A stretch of DNA of 64,000 bases from Candidatus Latescibacterota bacterium (GTDB lineage: Bacteria; Latescibacterota; UBA2968; UBA8231): the NCBI GenBank assembly GCA_965243025.1, contig CBDETY010000003.1, forward strand, positions 3,200,001-3,264,000. Reading direction: 5' to 3'. Below, one piece after another: positions 39,181-49,100 of the stretch. Under the pieces are notes generated by a model that did not search any database, was not told where the DNA came from, and worked only from the letters and a program-made list of their open reading frames with translations. Within the stretch, counting starts at the first letter, position 1. Each line of letters starts with the position of its first letter. The position numbers and the translations under genes were made by a program.

Positions 39181-41010
39181 ATGACCGGGAACCCGCCAGA
39201 TACAGCCATTCGTCTTCTCACGGACGCCGACGTTGCGAAGATCCCCGGTTTCTTCGCGGGGGTTTCCGAGGCGAGCCGCAAATTCTTCCATCCCCATGCC
39301 TTCGACCGGGAGGCGGCCGCGTGGATCGCCCGGGAAATCCACGATCCGGACCGCGTCCACCTCGGGGCCTTCAGCGGCGACAGGCTGATCGGGCATGCCT
39401 GGTACGCGCGCAGCGGCGGAAAGCCCTTCCCCGGCCTCGGCATCGGCATCGTCGACGCCTTCCACGACCGGGGCATCGGCAGAAGACTGATGCAGCGGAT
39501 CGAAGCCATCGCCCGCGAGCGCGGCGAGCCGGGGCTGGCCCTGAGCTGCTACCCGGAGAACCACCGGGCCCTTCGCGTCTATGCCAGGCAGGGGTACCGC
39601 CTCGCCGGCAGGACGGGCGACGGAGCCCAGTTCCGCATGGTCCGCGACTTCGCCGACGACGGGACCCCCTATGCAAGACGCGGCGTGTACGCCTCGAGCA
39701 TCCCGTGGAGCATCGCCCCGCTGACGACGGATACCTGGAGCCTCGACGACTGGAAATGGTACCTCGAGCTGCTCAACGCCGCCGGCTGCAACCTGCTCAA
39801 GCTCTACATCTGGCCCACCCAGTACTTCCACCCGGACGAGCCGGGGCTCGCCTGCAACGAGTGGCGTTACCGGGTCTGGCGCGAGGCCCTGGCGTACGCC
39901 CGCGTCATGGGGATGGAGACCTGGGTCGGGTTTTCGACCGGGACCGTGCCTCCCTCGACCTGGCTGCGCCACCCCGAGCTGCGGGCCGAAGACGTCAACT
40001 ACACCGGCATCACCCTCTGCTGGCGGCGGGGGAAGGAGCGGATCCTTCCCTTTCAGGAGCACCTGATCGACAGCTTCGCGGACGTGGCGGACAGCTTCGT
40101 TCCCTGGTTCGCCGACCCGGGCGCCTGCGTCTGCCCGGAGTGCCGCGACTACCTGGGGGTCATGCTCGACGCCCTGCACACCCTGTCGGATGCAACAGGC
40201 GGCAGGGCAGCGGTCGCCGCCTGCCTGTGGTGGATCGAACGGATCGAAGCGGGACAGATCGGCTTTGCCCCGCACCCCGGCCTGCGCCGCCGACTGGCCG
40301 CGGAACTTCCCGGAGGGACCGCCGTGGTCACCAGGAGCTCCGGGTACGAGACCATCGACATCATGCGGGAACAGGGGCTGGCTCCCGTGCCGCTGGCCTT
40401 CTTCCTCGATCCGGAAGGCGGGTTCGAGTCGGCCAACATCCTGCCCGAGCCCAAGCTGCGGCAGGTCGACGCGTGGCTGGAAAAGGGACTCGAAGAAGGG
40501 CACACCGCCTCGCTCGCCTACCGGCTGACCCCGTATACCCAGTACCCGGGGGACTTCTATTTCTTCCGCCGGCAGCTCAACCCCGCGCAGTCGAGGGAAT
40601 CCGTTCTAACCGAGCTGGGGGAGTACATCTGCAATCCCCGCCAGGGGGAAGGATCAGGGAATGAGGGAAGGCAATTCGCCGCGGCAGTGGAGTCGCTCGA
40701 GCGGTGGTGGGGCCGGCGGCGGGAGCAGGACCTCGACCGGGCAGCTTCCGGACTGGCCTCCCTGGCGGAAACCCGCGATTCCGTCAGGGATCTCGCCGAT
40801 GCCGCGGCCCTCCTGCGGTTGCTTTCCGGCGGGCCGGGGGCCCGATCGCTCGAGGAATTCACCGAGGATCTGCGCCTGCGGATGAGCGCCATGCCGGTCT
40901 TTCGCGGCCTGACCCTCGATCATCTCTGGTCGGGCCGGGCGCGGGCGTTTCTCCAGCTCCGGGTCGAGAACTGGCTGCACCGGTTGCGGCAGGCCGGCGG
41001 AGGAGAATGA
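39181..41010 (+). CDS. GNAT acetyltransferase fused to a glycoside-hydrolase-like TIM-barrel domain
   Basis: N-terminal ~160 aa: GIGIVDAFHDRGIGRRLM and NHRALRVYARQGY. The remainder has WKWYLELLNAAGCNLL, YARVMGMETW and FADPGACVCPEC. Confidence 0.72.
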   Translation: MTGNPPDTAIRLLTDADVAKIPGFFAGVSEASRKFFHPHAFDREAAAWIAREIHDPDRVHLGAFSGDRLIGHAWYARSGGKPFPGLGIGIVDAFHDRGIGRRLMQRIEAIARERGEPGLALSCYPENHRALRVYARQGYRLAGRTGDGAQFRMVRDFADDGTPYARRGVYASSIPWSIAPLTTDTWSLDDWKWYLELLNAAGCNLLKLYIWPTQYFHPDEPGLACNEWRYRVWREALAYARVMGMETWVGFSTGTVPPSTWLRHPELRAEDVNYTGITLCWRRGKERILPFQEHLIDSFADVADSFVPWFADPGACVCPECRDYLGVMLDALHTLSDATGGRAAVAACLWWIERIEAGQIGFAPHPGLRRRLAAELPGGTAVVTRSSGYETIDIMREQGLAPVPLAFFLDPEGGFESANILPEPKLRQVDAWLEKGLEEGHTASLAYRLTPYTQYPGDFYFFRRQLNPAQSRESVLTELGEYICNPRQGEGSGNEGRQFAAAVESLERWWGRRREQDLDRAASGLASLAETRDSVRDLADAAALLRLLSGGPGARSLEEFTEDLRLRMSAMPVFRGLTLDHLWSGRARAFLQLRVENWLHRLRQAGGGE

Positions 41011-41090
41011 GCCGCCGGCTTCCCTGCTGAAGAATCCGGAGGGCGGCGGCGGGGCCTTCAGGGGACCGGGAGCCGGGCCCGGGAGGCGCC

Positions 41091-42245
41091 TCAGGCCTGC
41101 GGATCACCGGCCGCGGATCCCGCCAAGGTCTCCTCGACCACGAGGTCGACGACCGCGCGCAGGGCCTCCTCCTCGGAATCTCCTTCCAGCCGGCGCAGGC
41201 GGAAGTGATCGATCTGCCGGTCGGCGCCGGTGCCGTTCCGCACGAGGTGCAGGGCGTGGCGCAGCTCCTCCTCGCAGCCGAGGGCCCGGGCATCCTCGGA
41301 CAGACCCTCGACCACGGAAGTCGCGTACTCCTCGATGTCCAAGCGCCCGGCCCCGGCGGTATTCCCCAGGAACGAGAGAACGCCGTACCGCTGCGCCAGC
41401 CAGCAGTTCTCCTCGATCAGCTCCGACGGGGGCTCGGCCGGAAGCTTGCCCTCCATGTCCAGACGCAGCAGGTGCCGAATGAGACAGGCGTACAGCGCCA
41501 CGATGCACATGGCGTCGTCGACGGTGTGGCAGATGTCGCAGATGCGCAGCTCCACCGTGGGAAAGGTCCGGGAGGGGCGGATGTGCCACCACAGCTCGCT
41601 GCTGTCCTGGATGAATTCCATGCGGCGGTAGTCGGCCACCAGGCTGTCGAAGTCGGCCCAGGAGCGCAGCGGACCCGGCAGGCCGGTGCGCGGCATGCTG
41701 CCGAAGAGGGTCAGCCTGAAGGACTTGAAGCCGGTCTCCCGGCCCCCGCTGAACGGAGAGGAGGCGGAAAGCGCGTGCAGCAGCGGGAGATGGCGGCGCA
41801 TCGCCGTCATGACCCGCACGCGGCTGTTCAGGTCGCCGAAACCGGCGTGGATGTGCATGCCGCCGACGAGCAAGGTCCGGACCGCCTGCTGGTAGGTGAT
41901 CGCGAACTGCTCGTAGCGCTGGCCCTCGGTGATGACCTGGCTGGTCCAGGCCGCGAAGGGATGGGTCGAGGCGGCCAGGACCGCAGCCCCGTGTTTCGCG
42001 GCCCCGTCGATGACGAGGCTGCGGGTCTCGTTCAGGGCGGAGCGGACCTCCGCCACGGATGCGCAGACCCGGGTGGTGGTCTCGATCTGGGAGCGGAGAA
42101 ACTCCGCCACGACCTCGTGGGGCCCGCGGTTTTTCTCGCAGTCCTCGAAGATGCCGCGGTCGGGGTCCGGCAGGAGATCGCGGGTCCGCGGGTCGATCAG
42201 GAAGAACTCTTCCTCGACACCGATCGTTATTGCGAGGGGGTCCAT
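41091..42245 (-). CDS. ybdK: Carboxylate-amine ligase (YbdK / glutamate-cysteine ligase GCS2 family)
   Basis: TIGVEEEF, EFLRSQIE, ASTHPF, GMHIH, ALSASSPF and WWHIRPSRTFPTVELRICD. Confidence 0.88.
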   Translation of the reverse strand: MDPLAITIGVEEEFFLIDPRTRDLLPDPDRGIFEDCEKNRGPHEVVAEFLRSQIETTTRVCASVAEVRSALNETRSLVIDGAAKHGAAVLAASTHPFAAWTSQVITEGQRYEQFAITYQQAVRTLLVGGMHIHAGFGDLNSRVRVMTAMRRHLPLLHALSASSPFSGGRETGFKSFRLTLFGSMPRTGLPGPLRSWADFDSLVADYRRMEFIQDSSELWWHIRPSRTFPTVELRICDICHTVDDAMCIVALYACLIRHLLRLDMEGKLPAEPPSELIEENCWLAQRYGVLSFLGNTAGAGRLDIEEYATSVVEGLSEDARALGCEEELRHALHLVRNGTGADRQIDHFRLRRLEGDSEEEALRAVVDLVVEETLAGSAAGDPQA

Positions 42246-42310
42246 AATCTCTTGCACTCCCGGTTCAGCAAAGCCGCCGAAGCCGCCTGTCCGGCGCGCT
42301 TTCGAAAGCA

Positions 42311-43867
42311 TCAGACATAGGCAATTACCAGCTCGATCCCCACGATGCGCAGGCAGTCCCGGCCCTCGATGCGGTCGAGGGCGACCTCGATCCGGTTCTC
42401 TCCCTGGACGACGGGAATGTCGCGAAAGGTGACGGTGGTGCTGGAGGGCAGCTCGATCCGGCGTCCCGAATCGAGGCGGCTGCCGTTCAGGGAAACCGAA
42501 GCCCCGACCCGGGCGAGGTCGTACTCCCGACAGGTGATCCGCAGCCAGGTGTCGGCCACGGCCTGCTCCCGCCGCGCCGACTCGACGTCGTCCCCGACCA
42601 CGATGCGGAACACCCGACTCTCGCCGGGTTCCCGGATTTCGTACGGAAGCGGCATCTCTCCCCCCCGCTCGGGGGTATTCAGCTGCAAGTCGACGCTGAC
42701 GGTGTAGCGCTTGTTCCTGCGGGCGATCCGCCGCGGGTCGTCGATCTCGCGCAGCAGCTGGATCTCGTCCGGGGTGTAGGCGTCGCTGCCGGTCTTCGGC
42801 AGCCGGTGGCAGTCGTAGTTGAACAGGTAGATGCAGCTCGCCCCCTGGTGCCAGAAGCTCGAGGCGGCGGCGTACAGCATGTCGTTGCCGGCGTAGCCGT
42901 ACACCTTGGAGAAGCGCTCCAGGCCGCCGCCGACCCGGCAGGAGGTTCCCTTCGCCAGCTCTGCGAAGGCGGCGATCTCGGCCCCCATGTCGAGGTAGGC
43001 GTTGTCCATCGGGACGAACAGGTCGGCCAGCTCTTCCCGGATCCAGGTGGGCACGTCCAGGCCCGTGCCCAGGCAGCGCTCGCGCGTCGGCGGCACCCGC
43101 ATCATCAGGGTGAACGGCCGTCCCTTCTTCTTCGCGATCCCGGCGGTGCCGGCCCGGACCTTGCGCACGAAATCCGTCATCAGCGGCATGCCCGCGGCTT
43201 CCTCACCCTGCCTGAAGTACCAGCGTCCGCGCTGGAAGTCCATCTCGAAGCCGTCGACGTCGTAGCGCTCGCAGGTCTCCAGGATCAGCCCGAGCTTGCG
43301 CTCCCGCACCTCCTCGCGGGCGAAGTCGAAGGCCCAGGTGAAGTCGTCCTGCCGGTAGCCGGGGTACCCGGACACCTTCGGGTAGGGGGACCCGATCAGC
43401 AGGTGCCGGTTCTCCTTCTTGAAGTCGCTGCGCAGGGCGCTCCAGCGGGCGGTGTCGTCCTCGTGGATGTCGTTCATGCGCAGTGCGGGCCAGAACTGCA
43501 TGCCCCGCTCGTGCGCCCGCCCCGCCAGCAGCTCGATGATGTTGACTCCCCGGTCGAGGAGCGCCCTGGTGCTGTCGGCCATCCAGCGCACGTACTCCAG
43601 GCCCTCGGCCCGCGGCCACTCGTCGGCGTCGACGTTCGATCCGTACACCTCGCCGAACCCGGTGGGGTGGGAGAAAGTCTCGTCGCCGCGGCCCATCGAG
43701 TTGGCGAACACCTCGACGCCGGTGCCGGCGATCTCCTCGATGTCGCGGCAGGCCTGCTCCGGCGTGATCGGCGGCTCGAAGGCGATGTAGGTCGTCGAGT
43801 CCCCGTCCGAGTTGAAGATCAGCCGGGGGCAGTCCGCAGGGCTCTCGGGGCTGGAGGTTTCGCTCAT
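42311..43867 (-). CDS. Glycoside-hydrolase-like TIM-barrel protein (GHL10/DUF187-like)
   Basis: LIFNSDGD, LRMNDIH, FDFAREEVR, YDVDGFEMDFQR, GLDVPTWI and IYLFNY, plus a C-terminal beta-sandwich. Confidence 0.68.
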   Translation of the reverse strand: MSETSSPESPADCPRLIFNSDGDSTTYIAFEPPITPEQACRDIEEIAGTGVEVFANSMGRGDETFSHPTGFGEVYGSNVDADEWPRAEGLEYVRWMADSTRALLDRGVNIIELLAGRAHERGMQFWPALRMNDIHEDDTARWSALRSDFKKENRHLLIGSPYPKVSGYPGYRQDDFTWAFDFAREEVRERKLGLILETCERYDVDGFEMDFQRGRWYFRQGEEAAGMPLMTDFVRKVRAGTAGIAKKKGRPFTLMMRVPPTRERCLGTGLDVPTWIREELADLFVPMDNAYLDMGAEIAAFAELAKGTSCRVGGGLERFSKVYGYAGNDMLYAAASSFWHQGASCIYLFNYDCHRLPKTGSDAYTPDEIQLLREIDDPRRIARRNKRYTVSVDLQLNTPERGGEMPLPYEIREPGESRVFRIVVGDDVESARREQAVADTWLRITCREYDLARVGASVSLNGSRLDSGRRIELPSSTTVTFRDIPVVQGENRIEVALDRIEGRDCLRIVGIELVIAYV

Positions 43868-43984
43868 CGAATGCTCCTTTCCATGCCCGGTAACCTGGAG
43901 AACGGTGGCAGGGTTCCATTCCCCATTTCAAACCGAGCCAGGATAGGGACAGGAAATAAAGGTTCGGAAACTGAACTGACTGGC

Positions 43985-45694
43985 TCAGGCGAAGTCGGAT
44001 CGCCAGAGATGAACCGCCCGTGCCGCCAAGCGAATCTGACGCTCGTTCAGCAGCTCCGGGGTCCACTCCTCGGGGGCCATCTGGGGGATCTGCCGGGTGA
44101 GGCCATAGGTGCTTTCCCCGTAAACCTTCAGCTTGTCGCGATACCCGGCGTTGCCGACGCGCCGGTTGGCAGCCGACTCGAGCAGGGTAAGGTTGCCGAG
44201 CCGGTACTCCAAGGCTTCCCACCTCGCAGGATCGAAGGCCTCTCTCCACTCATCCGTGGGGTTTTCCGGAAGGATGTGCTCGACGGTGCCGGGGTCGGTA
44301 TCGGGATCACAGGCCCTCCCCGTCGTGTCCTGTTCCAGTCGAGCGAGGATATACCTGGCCAACTTTCTCTGTCTGCCGCTGGTCCCGACGGCAAAGCCCG
44401 CAAAATCCTGCTGCATCTTCTCGTCTGCCACGTAGATCGGTCTCAGGCGCTCGAACACTTCGGCTGGGGTGGTAACCGCTCCATCCTTGACAGGTTTTGC
44501 CGCCTCGTGAAACGCCGCTTCCAGGGCGCTCGGGTTGAGGCCGCTGACCACGGTATAGCGGAAGGACACCACGCTCACGAGCCGCAATACGCGGACGAAA
44601 TCCCCGGGTGGGAACGATTCCCAGGCAGTAAACAGCAAGGGCATCATCTGGCGTACGCGGAACAGGTTCAGCTCGCGGATGTAGGGCCTGGCGTCCGGCA
44701 ACTCCACCCAATAGGAATGGTTCGGGTCCGAAACCGCCACGAACAGCTCTGCGCGCCGCTCCAGATCCTCGAGCAACCCGAACACATCGTCTGGAGTCGT
44801 AGTCCGGTCCCGCACCAGCTTGAACAGCCGTTGGCTGCGCACCCTTGGCAGCTCGCAGAGCAGGTGGTAGCGGAGCAGTTCCGGGAACCGCTCCTGCTCC
44901 ACGGTGTCGACGAGCCAGCGCCAGCGGCGCTGGAGCGCCTCGAGGTCAGCGGCGACGCGAACGCGCGAGAACAGATAGTTCTTCAGCAGGTCGGTGGTGG
45001 TCAGCTCGAGGCCGCGGGCATTGAGGGTCTCGAACACCGTGTAGGCGTTCAGGTCATCGTCGACCGTGATCAGTATGAAGAGCAATTGCCGCGCAATGGT
45101 TTCGGAGAGCACGCTCGCAAGGGCTCTCCCGTCACGCTCCAGATCGGACAGCTCTTCAAGGCGGATCCTGAAGGTGCGGAAGCACTGCCACAGGAGCCGG
45201 TTGGATTTCGGCAGGCGCCTCGGGTTTCTCGGCTCCCTGATCTGTACCAGGTATTCCTGATAGAAGTCGTTGTCGGTCTCGTTCAGGTACAGCCGGCTGC
45301 TCTGGGTGAGGGACGCCGGATCTTTTTCCCCGATGAACCGGTTGCGCAGTTCCTGCGCTCGTTCGCTGTTCGCGTCGCTATCGATCCCCCCGTCCGCCAT
45401 GGTTCGAAGCTGGGAGATCACTGCCAAGGCCAGAACGCTGAGGGTGGCGAGCCTCTGCTGGCCGTCGATGATCAGGAACTCCCGGTCACCCCTTTCCTCG
45501 ACAACCAGGGCGCCGAGATAGTGGCGTTCGCCCGGATCCCTGCGCAGATCCACGAGGTCGTTCCAAAGGTCTTCCCACTGCTCCTCCGACCAGGAGTAAT
45601 CCCGCTGGTAAGGAGGCACGCGGTACTGTTTCCCGTTGCCGATCAACTCCAGGTAGTTGATCGTGCGGGTGTTCAATACGTTGCTTCTCGCCAT
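43985..45694 (-). CDS. DUF262 + DUF1524 (HNH) protein, GmrSD/SspE-like modification-dependent restriction candidate
   Basis: VPPYQRDYSW, IIDGQQRLAT, VFETLNARG, VEHILPE and LGNLTLL...AN; visibly less GC-rich than its neighbours. Confidence 0.88.
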   Translation of the reverse strand: MARSNVLNTRTINYLELIGNGKQYRVPPYQRDYSWSEEQWEDLWNDLVDLRRDPGERHYLGALVVEERGDREFLIIDGQQRLATLSVLALAVISQLRTMADGGIDSDANSERAQELRNRFIGEKDPASLTQSSRLYLNETDNDFYQEYLVQIREPRNPRRLPKSNRLLWQCFRTFRIRLEELSDLERDGRALASVLSETIARQLLFILITVDDDLNAYTVFETLNARGLELTTTDLLKNYLFSRVRVAADLEALQRRWRWLVDTVEQERFPELLRYHLLCELPRVRSQRLFKLVRDRTTTPDDVFGLLEDLERRAELFVAVSDPNHSYWVELPDARPYIRELNLFRVRQMMPLLFTAWESFPPGDFVRVLRLVSVVSFRYTVVSGLNPSALEAAFHEAAKPVKDGAVTTPAEVFERLRPIYVADEKMQQDFAGFAVGTSGRQRKLARYILARLEQDTTGRACDPDTDPGTVEHILPENPTDEWREAFDPARWEALEYRLGNLTLLESAANRRVGNAGYRDKLKVYGESTYGLTRQIPQMAPEEWTPELLNERQIRLAARAVHLWRSDFA

Positions 45695-45878
45695 TGCGTT
45701 CGAGTGGAGAATAGTGACACGACGTACCAGGAAAGATAAGGCACTTTGTTGGAGCCCCTTTCGCGGAACCGGGTGCGAAGCCAGGACGAGCTGTCCGGGA
45801 ATCTTCACCAGACCCTTCCGCTGCCCGGACCTGCGAAACCATCCCCTGAACTGAACTGGTGTGGCTCGAAGGAACCCG

Positions 45879-46882
45879 ATGACCGGAATGAATAGGAGAC
45901 CGCGCATCGCCATTGGCGGCATCCTGACCGAGTGCAACCACTTCGGCGGTCTGCCCATCGACCTGAGGACGTACGAGGAAAACGAGCTGCTGCGCGGAGA
46001 AGAGGTCCTCTCCTGCGATACCAGCGTGGTGGGCGGGATGCTGGAGGCCCTGAGGACGGAGAGCGCCGATCCGGTTCCCCTGCTCTACGCCACCGCCTGC
46101 GCCGGCGGACCGATCGCCGCTGCCTGCTACGCCCGGCTTCGCGGCGAGCTCCTCGACCGCCTGCGGAAAGCCCTGCCCGTGGACGGGGTGCTGATGCCCA
46201 TCCACGGGTCGGCCCTGGCCGAGGGAAACGACGATCCGGAGGGGGACATGATTCACGCCGTGCGCCGGATCGTCGGGCCCGACACCCCCATCGTCACCTG
46301 TCTCGACCTGCACGCCAACGTCACCGCGGAGATGGTGCGCCACGCCGACGCCATGCTCGGCTGGGAGACCTACCCCCACCGCGACCAGTACGGCACCGGC
46401 GTGCGCACCGCCCGCCTGATTCTGCGCATGCTGCGGGGAGAATGCCGTCCCGCCATGGGCACAAGCTGGACCCGCGCTGGGGGCGGACGCGCCGCTTCAC
46501 CGGCAGGGTGGAGGGCCTGAGCGACGGCCGCTTCACCTACACCGGCGGGCAGTGGGAAGGGCTCGAGGCCGAGATGGGAAAGACCGCTGTTTTCGCCGTC
46601 GGCCATGTCAGGGTCCTCGTCATGAGCCGCGCCACCTACGACTGGTCAGACGAGCAGTTCCGGGCGGCAGGAATCGACCCGGCGGAGACGAAGTTCATCG
46701 TCGCCAAGAACCCGATGAACTTCCGCCTCGCCTACGGCGGAATGGCGAAGGGAATGATCGTTCTCGACACCCCGGGGCCGACCCCGGCTACCCTCAGGCA
46801 CGTGCGCTTCGAGAAGTTGAAGCGCCCCTACTTCCCCGCCGATCCCGACGTTCCCGGTATGGAGCCTGTGGTTCTCGCCTGA
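45879..46882 (+). pseudogene. MlrC/M81 metallopeptidase with internal deletion and frameshift
   Basis: The N-half (TECNHF, DGVLMPIHGS, DPEGD, LDLHANVT, TYPHRD) switches frame at ~46458 into the C-half (LSDGRF, MGKTAV, GIDP, VAKNP, LKRPYFP). The total of ~335 aa is short for the family and the central part is missing. Confidence 0.78.
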
Positions 46883-47004
46883 GAAGGATCTCCGACTGGA
46901 ATCGCGGAGGCAGCTCGTGGAAGGAAGGCCGGTTACCCGGGGAGAAGCTTCAGGTAAACCGCAAAAAGGAGGCCGGGCTGAAAAAAGTTGCCGGCCGGGA
47001 AATC

Positions 47005-48066
47005 TCAAGGAGACCCGGGCGCCCTGGTCCCCCGCTTGATTTCGCCCCAGCTGCGGGGCGTGACTCCGGTGGGGGCCTCGACCTGCACGAAATCGAGGAA
47101 CCAGACCGGGTGGTGCCTTCCCGGGCTTCTGAAGAAGGCGATCTGATCGCCGGCCGGGCTCCAGTGCGGGTTCAGGTTCCACAGCGAATCGAAGGTGATC
47201 CGCCTGAGGCGCGCCAGCCCCTCCCCTTCGGCGATGAAGATCTCCCGGGTGTCCTCTTCAACCTTGCCGTCAAAGGCCAGGCGCCGGCCGTCGGGAGACC
47301 AGGAAGGCGGGAAGAAGCCGGACAGGTTCTCCCCGATTTCCATCCTGTCCCCTGTCATACCCTCCTGCACGTACAGTGCGTATTCGGGAACGAAATACTC
47401 ATCGGATCCTTCAGGCCTGGATTGTGCGTAGAAATAGGCCAACCGGGACGAAATTGGAGACCAGCTCGCGGTAGGGGGTTCCATCGCACGCGAGGTTCGG
47501 CGCCGACCCGTGTCGGGATCCAGGACACTCGTAAACCGCGTCCGTGACGGATTGATCCCCCACCCCGACACCGAGTGACATGCGATCCCGATCGACCACC
47601 AGTCGAACACGTTGTAGTCGAGGTGGCTGAGAGCGATTTCCCTGCGGTTGTCCCCTTCGATCTCCTCGATGAAGATCACCGGTATGAGCTCGCCGGATTC
47701 TTCCTGGCTCTGCCAGAATGCATAGCGGTCTCCGTGCGGCGACCAGCCCACAGCCCGTCCATCCCCCACCTGCCGACGGTTCGAACCGTCTGCCTGCGCG
47801 AGAAACACCTGCTCCGAGGAGGTGAACAGGATCCAGTCGCCGACGGGCGACCACTTCGGGTCATGTCCGGGTCCCAGGGCGGCAACAGTCCGATGGGTGT
47901 ACGCGTCCGCAACTAGGAGCTCCTCAGCGACTTCATACACCAGGCGGTCTCCCTGCGGAGACCACGACAGGCTCTGTGCCGAAACCGGAGCGGCTGCGAA
48001 GACGAGCAGGACGGCGACCACGGCTGCCGCAGCTGCCCGGCAAGGGACCTTCACCGCCCGGATCAA
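47005..48066 (-). CDS. Secreted TolB-like (PD40 repeat) beta-propeller protein with SWGEIK tail
   Basis: Signal peptide; six WSP(x)G-type repeats; ends TGVTPRSWGEIKR. Confidence 0.8.
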   Translation of the reverse strand: MIRAVKVPCRAAAAAVVAVLLVFAAAPVSAQSLSWSPQGDRLVYEVAEELLVADAYTHRTVAALGPGHDPKWSPVGDWILFTSSEQVFLAQADGSNRRQVGDGRAVGWSPHGDRYAFWQSQEESGELIPVIFIEEIEGDNRREIALSHLDYNVFDWWSIGIACHSVSGWGINPSRTRFTSVLDPDTGRRRTSRAMEPPTASWSPISSRLAYFYAQSRPEGSDEYFVPEYALYVQEGMTGDRMEIGENLSGFFPPSWSPDGRRLAFDGKVEEDTREIFIAEGEGLARLRRITFDSLWNLNPHWSPAGDQIAFFRSPGRHHPVWFLDFVQVEAPTGVTPRSWGEIKRGTRAPGSP

Positions 48067-48088
48067 TCAGGCGGAACGGGGCGCGGGG

Positions 48089-48730
48089 TTACCGGCGCCA
48101 GTCCGCTTTCAGGCCGCCCCAGGTCGTCCCGGCCACGGCAGTGTCGGCGTCGAGGCGCTGGAATTGCATGGTTTCTTCTCCCCCGTCCTCCGTGGGCGAG
48201 GTTATGGAGAGGGTGTCGCCCTCGATTGCCCAGGTGACCTCCTCCTCCTCGAATCCAGCGACGAGATCCTCCTCTTCGACTCCGGCGAGGAACTCGTCGA
48301 CGAATTCCTGCTCGAAGGCCGGGTAGTCCTCCTCGGAGACTCCGCCCAAGTCCGCTGTAACCCGGGCAAGGGCGCGGGCGACCTCGGTGAGGACCTCGAG
48401 GAAGGGTCGGTCGCCGACGAGCATCTCCACCTCGGTGATATCGACCGATATCTTGTCGCCGTCGACCCCGTAGGTGCCGGTACCCTGGACAGCGATCGCC
48501 TCCACGGGTGTTCCCGTGGATTCGACAACCTCCCGGAAGTCTTCTCCCAGCTCGATCATCTGATACAGCTCGAAGCCCCCATCCTCCTGAAAGGTAAGGC
48601 GCATTGTGACCGGGTTGCCCTCCTCGTCCACGAAGCTCGTCTCCCAGGTGCCGATGAGGGCCTCTTCCTGGGCGGAGAGAGGAAGGACGAGCAGACCGAG
48701 GAACAGGATGGGAAAGGAAATCCTGCGCAT
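48089..48730 (-). CDS. Secreted acidic lipocalin-like hypothetical protein with TWGGLK tail
   Basis: GGAGG RBS; signal peptide; LIGTW...LTFQEDG...GTYGVDGD; ends TAVAGTTWGGLKADWRR. Confidence 0.75.
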   Translation of the reverse strand: MRRISFPILFLGLLVLPLSAQEEALIGTWETSFVDEEGNPVTMRLTFQEDGGFELYQMIELGEDFREVVESTGTPVEAIAVQGTGTYGVDGDKISVDITEVEMLVGDRPFLEVLTEVARALARVTADLGGVSEEDYPAFEQEFVDEFLAGVEEEDLVAGFEEEEVTWAIEGDTLSITSPTEDGGEETMQFQRLDADTAVAGTTWGGLKADWRR

Positions 48731-49100
48731 GGGAAACCTCCTGGTTTCTTCTGGTTGAAGGAAAAGGCCGCGCGCGAAATGCGGGGGACGGATTATCCAT
48801 CGGCGGTCTTCAACCGTCGCTGCTTTGTAATCTAACGACGTTCTCATCTGGCCATGTGTTCCCGGTCTGCCGGCAACAGGCGGATGATGCCTTGTGAACC
48901 CCTGGGCGGAATGTCGCACGCAGCGGATTTGACAGGGGCGCTCAGAGAATCCTCTACTCAGAAGGACAGCCCCGATAAAAGAGTGGGCGCGATCGCGGAG
49001 CAGTGATGACGCCCCTCATCCGTCAGCCCGCCGGATCGACTTTATTCCCATCGATTCGGTGGCCATGCCATGATTGCCGGGTCGTCCTCGGGCCTGCCGG

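Noticed and set aside
42806-45739. 977-aa plus-strand ORF and the many other Arg/Pro/Gly-rich overlapping ORFs
   Set aside because: Shadows of motif-bearing genes on the opposite strand or in another frame.
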